64,000 bases of DNA, from contig MU053652.1 in the NCBI GenBank assembly GCA_013239625.1, positions 6,501,902 to 6,565,901 on the forward strand, given 5' to 3'. How positions within the stretch are numbered: the first letter of the stretch is position 1; every line of letters begins with the position of its first letter. This document shows positions 41,033 to 52,385 of this stretch, one piece after another. The notes under the pieces are model-generated. The model was not told where the DNA came from and ran no database searches. It saw only the letters and a list, made by a program, of their open reading frames with translations. The stretch is from Lama guanicoe. Taxonomy: Eukaryota. Position numbers and translations under genes: made by a program.

Positions 41033-41825
41033 TTTATTTGAAACATTATTTTCACATATATTTTAATCCAAGTTAGAATATTTTGCTATTTTCTTCCAAA
41101 ACCATACACATAAGACAAGGCCTCCTTTTAAAGCAGAGAGCTAGCAAGGAATTGGACTTATATCCTTTGGTATTGACTGCTGAAAATGGGTCCTTTCTTG
41201 TTCATTATGCCTTCTCAGATCTTTCAACTGAAATTAACCCACCTACTCATGTACTTTTATAATTTATTATTCACGCCGAGAGGTGAATGTTAATTATTTG
41301 CTTGAATTTTCCCCTCATCCCAAATGCACAGTCACTATTTTCTGTCACCAAGAGATACTTCAGAATTGAATATTTAAATGCTCATTTATAATACGAAATT
41401 ACACTTCATTTTCACTACTTCGTTTTTTCATCTGCTTCCTAATTCTAGACCTGGCATCAGCAGGCTTCTGATTCACATGATTCCATAATGCACACTGCAT
41501 CCTGAGAGCCCCAGCACAAAGTTCAGCACAAATATTTGCTTTAAAATGGCTAAGTCTGGAGTTTTTTAACATATTGATTTTTCTAAACTTGGATCACTTT
41601 TAGGGCTAGTCATGGTAAAGCAGCTGATTCATCACAATCTGATAGCAACCGAGTTTGCAACAAAAGCTTTCATGCCTTAGTATCCACTCTGACCAAGCAA
41701 ATCTAAATATTCCTCAAAAATGTATCATTTATTTGAAACACTATTTGATACCATATTTTAATCCAAATTAGAGCATTTTGCTGTTTTCTTCCAAATCCAT
41801 ACAAGTAAGACAAGGCTTCCTTTTA
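41033..41825 (+). repeat. Pair of ~98-bp direct repeats (41033-41130 and 41728-41825), ~85% identical
   Basis: Manual ungapped alignment gives about 15 mismatches in 98 positions. Confidence 0.9.
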
Positions 41826-42224
41826 TATTCTTTGAATTGTTTATTAAATTTTGTTGATATTAATGCTAATGGGTTAAAATATTTAATAAAACTATAGACA
41901 CAGCTGTGCATGAGCAGTGCTTCTGACCAGTCTGATTGCTGCTTTAGCCTAAACATTCGGCTCTCCACCACTAGGGCTCTGCCCTTCCTTCCCTCCTCAT
42001 GCCCAAAGTCTACGATGGCTGTTTCCATACTACTATCAGATCCTCCACCAGGCATTTGACCACACAAGCCTCTGTTTTACACTTGAGGGACACTGATGAC
42101 CAGAATTTTCACCAGAATGGCAACACAGCAAGCATCTGAACACTGGTGCCCATATTCCTACAAACCAATACCCACTAGAACATGGCTAGAAGCAGTTCTT
42201 TCCTGAAAATCTAATGCCACATGC

Positions 42225-42551
42225 TGCAGGATGGATGAAACCGGAGGACTCATGGTAAGTGAAATAAGCTGATCACAGGAGAACAAACACTGCATGAATC
42301 TCCGTATGTAAAGTATCTGGTATCTAAAACAGTCAAGCTCATAGAAGCAGAGACTAGAGTGGTGGTTGCCAGAGGCTGGAGACGGGGAGAAATGGGGAGC
42401 AGCTATTCAACAGCATAAAGTTTCAGTCATGCACAATGAGCAAGTTCTAGAGACCTGCCAGACACTAACAAAGTGCTTCTATAGTTAACAATAATGTACT
42501 CTACGCTTAAAATTTTGTTAAGACTGTACATCTCATGTTAAGTGTTCTTAC

Positions 42552-42552
<1 letters not shown>
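42225..42552 (+). mobile_element. L1MA/MB-type 3' end followed by (AC)19
   Basis: atggatgaaaccggaggactcatggtaagtgaaataagc...atctcatgttaagtgttcttaca. Confidence 0.85.

Positions 42553-42590
<38 letters not shown>
42553..42590 (+). repeat. (AC)19 microsatellite
   Basis: Direct reading. Confidence 0.95.
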
Positions 42591-42595
<5 letters not shown>

Positions 42596-42740
42596 CACTT
42601 TTGGGGGGTGCTGATTTATTTATTAGACTCGAGTGCTTTAGTCGAGAAGTGTACAGAGATGATATATGTCTGTGTTTCAATACTTTAAAGCACTGAGATT
42701 CTGATAATTTCAAGGTAAACAAGTTTCAAGACAGACTAGC

Positions 42741-43312
42741 TTTTTTTATTTAAAAAAAATCCTTTAGCTAAATTATATTTATATAAATAACAGAGAAAGG
42801 AAAACCAACATGTTGGGACAAACAAGGTCCTGAAGCATCAGTATTTTCCGGTTGAGGGCAGCAGACAAAATGCAGCAGCCCCTGGATGTGCAGAGCTGGG
42901 GGAGGCGATGGAGGTAGAGAGTCAGCGAAGGAACACAGGCAGTCAGTGGTCAGGGCTACGAGCACTTCCGGGAGACGGTTCATGATTTTGGAGGCGTGGC
43001 TTATTTTTTTAACTGCTTGCTTCTTCATCTGTTTTATTCTGTTTCTTCAGCGTGTCCAGCAGTTTCTGTGGGGTGAGAATGTGCGTGTGCATCCTGATGG
43101 CGTTGGTGCTAAAGGAGGCAGAGGAGCAGGTAGAGGTACGAGGGTAGTGCTTGGTGTCGTTTGTCTTCAATAGTGTCCTCCATAATGTGTTTGGTGATGG
43201 GGGTCCATGGTGAGAGTCTGCTCGCTGATGCTCTCCTTCCACTCAGATCTGCTCCTGATGCAGCGTGGAGTCCACAACGATGGGCCTCAAGGTGTGCCAT
43301 GTTGGTACTGAT
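42741..43312 (-). pseudogene. STXBP1: 5'-truncated processed pseudogene (retrocopy) of STXBP1/Munc18-1: C-terminal coding part plus ~260 nt of 3' UTR
   Basis: Minus-strand translation across frameshifts gives ISTNMAHL / PIVVDSTL / KESISEQT / [19 protein letters not shown] / [21 protein letters not shown] / [25 protein letters not shown]. This matches Munc18-1 as I recall it: [78 protein letters not shown]...[27 protein letters not shown]. No introns; stop at 43009-43011; A-rich end at 42741-42751; several indels. Confidence 0.93.
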
Positions 43313-43629
43313 CATTATATATGCATATATATATAATGGAAACAACCCCACAAGCCTCATGTCCCTCCTCGCGGGCTAATAAATAAAGACTTCTGCTTAG
43401 TATTTTTCCTCAGAAGTTTCTCACCTGATGGATTCCAAGTGTCTCCTCCCAAACATAACTTCCCCTTGTTCCCTAGCTCCTTACCTTCTCAGAACTTGCC
43501 ACTTTGTTATCTGCAACTCTCAGTCTAAGATATAGAGATGTCCTATGTTTTCATTCTTTTTTCCCTTAACAGTCTCTCTACCTCCAAATGAATTTAAAAC
43601 TGACCCATAAAAATATCCCTTGCTTGATA

Positions 43630-44200
43630 TGTTTGTCAGGTCCTCTGAGATATAGACAAAAAGAAGTAACCATGCAAAGATTTTGTTAGGGGAAAGGCCT
43701 TTGTGAAAGGAGATAGGGAAAGAGCCAGGGAAGGCTGAGAGAACCAATCAGACAGTGACGCAGTTTGATCTTTAGTAAAGAAGAGAAGGAGAGAAGGTTG
43801 GGTGGAAGTTGTACAATTTAAGGAACATTTAACAAAGTCATCAGGGAGTCCTTGAGACCAAGTCTGCCTCTGTCGCCCCAGAATTGTCTACTTTAGTATT
43901 TCTGACACACTCAAGGTGGCGCAGCCTTGTTGTAAATGCTGTAATGGGTTTTATTCGTTTTTTTGTTTTTTTGTTTGTTTGTTTTAGTGATTTGGGGGGG
44001 GAATTAGGTTTATTTATTATAGTATTATTTTTTAATGGAGGTACTGGGGATTGAACCCAGGACCTTGTGCGTGCTAAGCACACACTTTACCACTGAGCTA
44101 AACCCTACCCACCTTGCTGTAATGGGCTTTAAAGTGCAGCACCTGGGGCCCTTTGTCCAGTGTGCTCCAGGTAGTAAGAGGTACACAAGGTGCATTATCA
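43630..44200. mobile_element. Old MaLR-type LTR, interrupted by a SINE
   Basis: gtcaggtcctctgaga...gattttgttaggggaaaggcc...gagccagggaaggctgagagaacc. Confidence 0.6.
43954..44114 (-). mobile_element. tRNA-derived SINE, camelid vic-1-like
   Basis: Minus strand reads gggtagggtttagctcagtggtaaagtg...ggtcctgggttcaatccccagtacctcca (Pol III A and B boxes) with an A-rich tail; 17-bp TSD tgctgtaatggg(t/c)ttta at 43937-43953 and 44115-44131. Confidence 0.88.
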
Positions 44201-44574
44201 AGGCTGTCCTAGTCAACCCTGTATTACCAGTCAGCCATCACCCTCTTTCTCTCGTCTTCATGCCCACATTTCTGAACCAGGTTTATTCATTCATTTATCT
44301 AGTTCTTTACCTCATGCTAATATCTCAACCTACCTCATCCTGGCTTCTCCTTAACCACTTCATAGAAAATGTTCTCACTAAATTCACCAAAATATCTTTG
44401 CCAGTAAACCAATGCATACGTTTCAGTTCTTATTTTACCCAGTCTCTAAGCTGCAAACTGTTGAATAGAGTCTTCTTTAGAAGGAATTTTTCGTTTCATT
44501 TTCATTTCTTTGTTTGCTTTTGACCTTCAAGTCTTGTGATCCTTTTTGTTGATCTGCTTCTCACTCAACTTTAT

Positions 44575-44903
44575 ACAGTCAGCTGACCCTCTTTATCTAC
44601 AGGTTTTGTATCTGTGGATTCTACTAACTGCAGATTGAAAATATTTTCTTTTTAAATTCTGGAAAGTTTCAAAAAGCAAAACTTGAACTTGCCACATGCG
44701 TGACAAATATTTTCATAGCATTTACATTGTACTACGCATTATGAGTAATGTAAAGATGATTTAACGTGTATGAGAGAATATGTATAGACTATATGCAAAT
44801 ATCATGCCATTTTTCATAAGGCATGTCAGCATCCATGGATTTTGGTATCCGCAGGGGATCCTGGACCCTTTCCCCCCTCATAGATAGTGAGAGACGGCTG
44901 CAG
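44575..44903 (-). mobile_element. MER2-like Tigger non-autonomous DNA transposon within L2 remnants
   Basis: gcatccatggattttggtatccgcaggggatcctgg is the reverse complement of the MER2 start; the other end reads cagctgaccctctttatct. Confidence 0.8.
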
Positions 44904-47359
44904 TTGATGTATCTCAGATGATCATTATTTCATCTTCCTAATCTCTGTATTTAACTACAATTGATAACCAATTAAATATGAATTTAAATCACAAGCCTTG
45001 ATCTCTCTCCCTGAGCTTCACACCTAGATATCCAAATGCTCCTGGATACTCACATACGAACCTCATATGCAAATACAAAACAAACTGTTTCCTACCAAAC
45101 TTCCTCCTGTGTCCCAAATCTACATTAGTCATGCTAGCAGTGCCCCAATTGCCCAACTCAGAAACTGGAGCACCAATGTGGTCTCCTCATCCTCACAGCT
45201 GCTGCCCACATCCAGTATATTGTTCCCCATGGCCAGTCCCCAGTTTTAAGCCACCACCACCTTTATCATGAATTATTATAAAATTAGTTTTACTTTTTCC
45301 CTATATTTATCCTTAAACATGTTAATACATTATAGACTATAATTATTACATTCCTTTAATTCACATGTTAACATTTTTCATGTTATATCCAGTCTACAAA
45401 AAAAATGGATGAGATAACGTGAGAATAGGATTTGGAAAATAAATATTCCAGCTCATATGCTACCACTGACTAGCTTTGTACCTTGGGTGCTGTGAATTTA
45501 AGGTTCCTTTTTCTTAACAGAAAATGGACTGGATTGGATCAATGTAGTCCAAACAGTGGGCCATATGCAAATCTAACTCTGTTCATAAGGGATAATTTAA
45601 AAACATTGCTACTATAATTTGAAAGTCTCTGTTATTTTGCTATTTTAAGACAGAATTTATATTACAAAAAGCAGTTGTAGCCCTCTAGTGAGACTATCTC
45701 ACTCCCTCACTCTAGTCCTTCTTTGTTAATTCACTGCCTTCAAGGTAATGTGTGGCATTTATTCCACACAGACGTGCTCTCAAGCTGCTGAGCTTCCAGG
45801 TCTTAGAATCCTATCATGAGGAATGCATATTGTCTGCGAATGTTCTACTGGGAAATGTTTCTCATTCCAAAGAATGGCAAATTTTATAAAAGCAAGTTAG
45901 GATTTAATATTTTATTAATCTTTGAATTCTGTGATATAACGGCATATCCACTAAAGAACAAACATAGGCATAGGGATTTTGTATAAGGTAAAAATTTTTC
46001 TAGAAAGGATCAGAAGAGAAAAATACTATTAACTGTTTTACCATTTAGTGCTGTATCGAACGGATAGACTAACCTGTTACACAGTAAATCCTGACTTTTT
46101 TGTTGTTACTGCTGTCACACTAATCACACTTTTCTCTTTGTACTTATTTTAATTATTAAATGGTTTCACTAACACCAGAGAATCGAGTCTAGGTTTGAAG
46201 GAATTAAAGAAATTATGGGGGCTAAAATTTGTAACTCTTGCGATGTTTCAGAAGAGAGAAGTCTGGGAGACCTAAAGAAAGAAACATTGCTCTGGCTGTT
46301 GAATCCAGTCCCCAGCTCACTAATTACATCCTGGACGTTGAAGATGATCCAGTAAATATGTTTTTCCATATGATCCCTTATTATAAATCATAGGTTTTTA
46401 AAAATATGAAAGGGTTTAGCAAACAGTCACTGTGATCCACTGTGGTTAAATTCTCCCTCTTCTCTTTTCAGTATTAAAGGAAAAAAAATAAACAAAACTC
46501 AATGGGGTCAGTGAGTTTCCTAACAGATTAATCTTAAAGCAACTACACCGGCACCTGCTAGTACTTCCTTTCACAGTAAGAGGTTAGGACTACAATCAGT
46601 ATGGTTAAGTGATGAGTCTTAGAATTAAGGACTAAAATCCTATTTGTATAAAATTCTCTAATAGGGACTATCTTACATAGTTTATATAGTTTCCTCCACA
46701 GTAAGAGGAGGAAAATTCTTTTCAGTATTCGACACTCATAATATATCAGGCATTTTTTTTACATCATTTGTGACATGATTTGCAAAAGCGAATAATAAAA
46801 TGTTTTGACAGAAGGGCCCAAGAGTTGTAGGAAAACAGGCACAATCAAAGCGAAATGCCACATGCCTTTTCTATATCAACCTACGAATTATTACTGCAAA
46901 GCATATTCTGAAAACTACATCTCTTCTCATTTATAAAACATTTTATCTTTGTGCCTGCATCATTTCCAGAAGTGATTCAAGGACACATTTCATTCTTGTT
47001 TTTTCACATTTTCTATACATGACCATCTATGTTGCCTAAAAGGACTAAATGGATTAGGACGTTACTATCAGTATAATATGCCCATATTAAAAATACTCTT
47101 CCTCTACCAAATCTTGTTTCTTAAATTGCTTCCTTTAAATCAGTTAAAATCATTTGATATGATGGGGACTGTGTTTATACAGTAATATATAAATTTTGAG
47201 GGAAAGGAAAAAAAGGAAATAAAATGTAAACAGAAGCACTTGTATAGGAATAATGTATCAATACAACAGGGAAAAAAGGCCAATATCTAATATGTAAACG
47301 TAATTAAAAGAGTAAATACAACACAAAGTTTTTTGTATTACAGAAAAAGAACACAGGAA

Positions 47360-47560
47360 TTCAGACAATGTGCGTTGAATTTGACTTCAGTTACCTAACG
47401 TGCATGATCTTAGCGTATCACTTAACACCCTTGAGTATCGGTGTGCTGATACGTAGAATGAGGATGAAATGAATAACTCAAAGGATTTGGGTACAGATTA
47501 AATGAGGGACCTATCCAAGAGCTACACACATGCTCAGTACACAATGATGGCATTAAATTA
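47360..47560 (+). mobile_element. MIR SINE remnant
   Basis: atgatcttagcgtatcacttaacacccttgagtatcgg...gattaaatgag. Confidence 0.6.
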
Positions 47561-48699
47561 ACAAAATCCTACTGTTTCCACTCCAATTTCTCACATTTCT
47601 TCTATGAAGTCCCAAATGTATCTCTCTATCTAAACACAGCTCTTATACTTCTGTACTCTGCAGGAGGCAAATATGTGCACAATGCAAACAAGTGTTAAAG
47701 ACTGAAAGCAACTAACACAATTTGGTAAAGCTTTATCAGCGTATCTATAAAAACATATTTTATTATATAATCGCATTTCTTCAAAGCAGGAATAAGGCAT
47801 TGTTTTTCCATGTGTGTCCCTGAAGTATTTTAATTCCTCCCTGATTCTTTTATTTTCCATTCTGGTTTTCCATGTAATTGTCTGCTCCCTTTTTGGTCGA
47901 GGCCACCAGAGACTGAACTACACTGTTTCATCTTGGAGGGGATCCTCACTCAATTTTTAATAGCTGCCTGTTCATTTCTTGTAGAGTGGCAGGTGTCTTC
48001 TCAGGCTATTACAATACCACCAGCAGTAGTGACTGCATAGCAGGATCTGTTTTCCCTGCGCCAAGAAATTATATTTTTCTCCCTTTTTGTGTATCATTTT
48101 ATATGCCATATTTAAACCCATGGAAATATATGTATGATATAATACCGTGTGCAACCCAAAAACAATAGCACAATGTGTACTTTAAGTATCTGTCTCACAG
48201 AATAGAGCGATTTTCAGCAGTCATCTTCGAGTGCCGCATCAAGGAGTCACCTTTGTCAGAGATCTTTCATTAGTAAATACTGTTCCACTGTGGCCTGAAC
48301 TGTGGCACAGTTTGCATAGACACTGAGTCTCTATTACGCGTTAATGAAAAAAGCCCTAGCTACTGAGAAAGCTTAAATTAATCAGTACAGCATCACATAC
48401 AACAGCTTTTTCTGCTATTGATGTCTGTAAGGGGGATTGCTACGTGCCAAACACAGGTTTGTTCTTAACGTTTACAACAGTGACAACAATGCAGTAACTG
48501 ACTTCTGAAGAGATGGGCAATGGAAAGAAGAATCAGGGAAGAAAATGATAAAAACAGCTGGTTTCTCAGTGGATGAAATTTTTCTTCTCCAAGATACTTT
48601 TCCCTCCCACAGACATATATATTACTGTCATCACTGTCAGCTCATCAAACCTTAGCTTCCAAGAGACTTTTATGTCATTATATACAATAACTATATAAA

Positions 48700-50130
48700 A
48701 ATTGTGTACTTCCGTTTACTATGAACAAGCAATTAGGAAATCAGATTTATTTAAAATAAAAATATACCGTTGAAAAACCATAAATTTTGTAGATAGGAAT
48801 ATAATAAAAGTTGTGCACATCTCTACTTAGAAAACTGCATTACATTATTAAGAAAAATTTAAGAAGGCCTAAAATAGTTCAGGGTCATGCACTGAAGACC
48901 CAATTGTGTAAAGATACCAAGTCCTCTCAAATCGACCCATAGATCTACATCATTTCAACTCAATTATAAAAGTTCTTTTAAAAAAATAAATTAATAGGTT
49001 GAATCTAAAGTGTATATGCAAATGCAATGGGCCAAGACTTGATGGTTAGAATACTGAATAAAAATAACAAAACTAGAGAACTTTTCTTACCATATATCAA
49101 GATTTCTTACAAAGTTTTCATGAAAGCACTGCCGTAACGTCACAAGGCTATAGAGAGCCGTGATCAGCACGGAAAGCTCACAAACGGGCTCACACATACA
49201 TGAACACTGGGTTTCTGACAAAGTCGGTCTCATAAAGCAATGGGAGAATGATGATAATTTTAATAAATTAAACTGAGTTAAACAGCCATTACAAATAATC
49301 TTAAGCCCCCTTCTCCTACAATCCACAAAAATACCAATTCCAAGTGGATTATAGACTTATATGTGACAGGTAAAACAAAGTAGATTCTGGAAGATAACAC
49401 AGGCAAATATTTTTGTGATCACTGGAGAGTAAGAGCTGATTAAAAAGAGGATTATAAATATTTGGTCAATGGACCTAATTAAATTTAACAATCTTATTTA
49501 TCCAAAGACACCATTAAAAGATTCAAAGGCAAGCCACAGATTGAAGAAGATATATATAAATCATACCATGAACAAAGGACTTGTACCAGATTATACAGAA
49601 ATGACTATAAATCAAGAAAAAGAATATGCCGTTACAAATAAGTAAAAGACATACACACAGTAACTGGCTAACTCACCAAATAGATATTCAAATACAATTA
49701 TGAATTCTATAATTTGATTATACAATTCAGTTACATTCAATACAATTATGAAAAGTTGATAGACCTCATCAGTCATATGGAGATAAAAATTAAAACCACA
49801 ATATCACTACACACCTCTAGAATGGCTCAATTAAAAACAAAACCTATTGTAATAATCCATGTTTATGATGTTTAAAAACAGGAAAGCTTATTCGTGGAAT
49901 ATGAAGTTACTTAAGGAAAGGCAGGATGGGTTGTTACTGGGATGGTGTAAGAGCAGAACTACTGAGGGCAGAGATAGGGTTTGGTTTGGTTTTGTTTTGC
50001 TTTTCTCAATCTGGGAAGTGGTTACACTTCCATGTTCCCTCTGTGAACATGTCTTGGGCTGAACACTCATGATGTATGCAGTTTTCTATATGTATGTTAT
50101 GCTTTAATTAAAATATTTATTTTAAAAATT
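48700..50130 (+). mobile_element. Ancient L1M ORF2 3' part and 3' UTR
   Basis: caattccaagtggattatagactta, aaagacaccattaaaaga, gttttctatatgtatgttatgctttaattaaaa. Confidence 0.75.
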
Positions 50131-51341
50131 GAGAAAATAAAATGAGAGAAATAATGACAACTTTATGTTTACCTTTTTTAAAATGACTCTATAGAAGTAT
50201 GACTGACATACAAAAAGCTGTATATATTTAATGTACAACTTGATGAATTTGGAGAGTTGAAACCATTACCAGAATCTATGCCATAAACATCATATGTGAA
50301 AGTTTCCTTCTGTCCTCTTTACTTATTAATTTCTCTCAATAAATTTTCCATTAAGGGACACAGAGAAATGAAATAATACTCTAAAGGAAGTTATTTTTTA
50401 GAAAAGCAGGTGTTTAAAGATATTCAAAATAATAACATAGTCACATATTGCTGGAAATAAAATAAATACAGAAAAAAAATGATGCAGGAGAAAGAGGCAG
50501 AAACGTTGGATTGCCCCTAACCTAAGAGCATAAGGAGCTAGGATCTGGGATAAGCAGAAGGCTTCACTTTAAGTAGGAATGTGGGTATCTCCTCCGCCCT
50601 GGCAATGTGAATCCATACTGTAGATCTTTCACCTTCAAATTTATCTAAATCTTTCTTCCCGTCATTGTAACTTCAGTGCACACCATTCTCCTAGGGAAAT
50701 GGTTTTCTTGAGTTTACTACCTGCTGTGTAATACATTGCTTCCATTTGGGGTCTTAAATTAGCCTCTTTCATGTTTTGAGATCCTGTCTCTTGATTCTTT
50801 TATATTATAGGACTCAGCCACAATTCTGTCACACTGCTATTTCAGAGACTAGAGTCCTAATCTTTTCACCCTGTCCTCATTGAACAGTCAGCCCCTTCTC
50901 ATTTCTACTCTGCTTTTCTTGATTTTAGTTTATCATCTCTCTCTATTTTCCAGCTCCATTCTATGTACTTTGATTGATAGGATCTACACAATTCCAGGTG
51001 CAGCTGCATCCTGATATTGTACAAAGTTAAAAAAAAAAAAGAGCATTGTGTTCATTCTCAGTGATTTTTCAGTAGCTTCTCTGTGCCCTCCCCCTATTTT
51101 CTTCTTTTAAATACAGTAGCACATTGAATTGGATATTTTCAACCTATTTACTTTTCGCCAGGTCACCAAAAATGGGTGATAAGATTATGCACAGTCAATG
51201 TATTACATATGCAGAAATAATATTTTAATAAAAATATTACCTTAGTATATTGGTCCATATTATGTTCATCTTAACCCTCTTTATGAGCTAAAAATATTTA
51301 TAGATCACTACTCAATAAATAATAAACCTCCATGGTATAGG

Positions 51342-51512
51342 ACAGTGTTTTCAAGACTTAACTAAGCAATGGAAACTCCTGCGGGTGCATTACAGCTACT
51401 GGCTCCTCTGTGCCCCAGAAAACTGCTGAACCATAATCTCCAGAGACTGAGGATCAACATTTCAACAAACGCTTCATATTGTTTTAATAGTTAGTTGTTT
51501 TAGAAACACTGG
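51342..51512. mobile_element. MER5-like hAT MITE
   Basis: Inverted ends cagtgttttc...gaaacactg. Confidence 0.6.
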
Positions 51513-51874
51513 ATTTCGAAGAAGATTGTGATCTTAGAAGTCAGTCGACCTGTTTCCCTGGTATGTGTGAATGTTGGAAAATTTTGCGATGAAAAACAAA
51601 GCTAAAGTATAAATACCTTCAAGTAGGTTTTGAAACATTGAATAATCATGATCTCAGCTTCAGACCAAAAGTCTCCAAAATTTCTGCATCTCATTCTCCT
51701 CAGAAAGTACCTCTTTTCCATTAGATTCCAAAGTGCCTCTTGTTTTCCCCTCCTCCTCTAGACAATTTCTGACTTTTTCTGCTCAGCGTTGCCCAAGGAA
51801 TTCCCTCCCCTCTGCATATCCTTTCATTTAGAGACTGCTGAGTTTTCTTTCAATAAAGCTTGAATTCCCTCACC

Positions 51875-52385
51875 TGTGGTAAGCATTATTAGTTGCCTGC
51901 CGAGTATTTTACCTCTTTATTCCTAAAAGATCTGATTTTGTTCAAGTCACCATTTCTCTTCTACTTAAGTAGGGCAAAACTAGCTTTACCCTAACTCCAT
52001 ACTTGTTTCATTATCAAGTGAATTAATGCATGGAAAACTGCTGTCAACTCTTACTGGTTCAGGAGTGAGCATGTAACCTAACATGGACCATTAAGACTGA
52101 ATCATAGAACTTTCGCTCTGTGTTTTGGGATGTACCTTCACTCCTATTCTTTCTACCCCAGATACGATTAAGGTAACGTGATGCCTCAGTGGCTGGACAT
52201 GGGGAAGGGAGCCAGTTATGTCTAAAGCAACTTCTTTAAAGAGACCTCACACAAGAGAATCGCGGCAAAATGCAGTTAGAGGTCTGATGCACCAGACCTC
52301 CGGCATCACTACTTTCTGACTTCCTGTTATAGAAGACAACTGTCCTTGTCATTTAACTGATTTGAATTTTTGTCTCTACAGACAT
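51875..52385 (+). mobile_element. MaLR (MLT1-type) LTR
   Basis: tgtggtaagcattattag...actggttcaggagtgagcatgtaaccta...gacttcctgttata. Confidence 0.6.

Noticed and set aside
42768..43379. Several overlapping ORFs on both strands
   Set aside because: Alternative frames and antisense of the GC-richer STXBP1 retrocopy, not separate genes
44040..44112. tRNA-like sequence
   Set aside because: SINE head with tail and TSD, not a tRNA gene
44035..44523. 162-aa ORF
   Set aside because: Starts in an antisense SINE and runs through LTR/L2 remnants; chance ORF
45678..45692. CTCF-like motif tcactagagggcta on the minus strand
   Set aside because: Single motif with a core mismatch; expected by chance in 64 kb
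46179..46355. ~58-codon open frame after a ctaacaccAG acceptor-like site
   Set aside because: No recognisable protein and a poor pyrimidine tract next to the AG; within chance expectation
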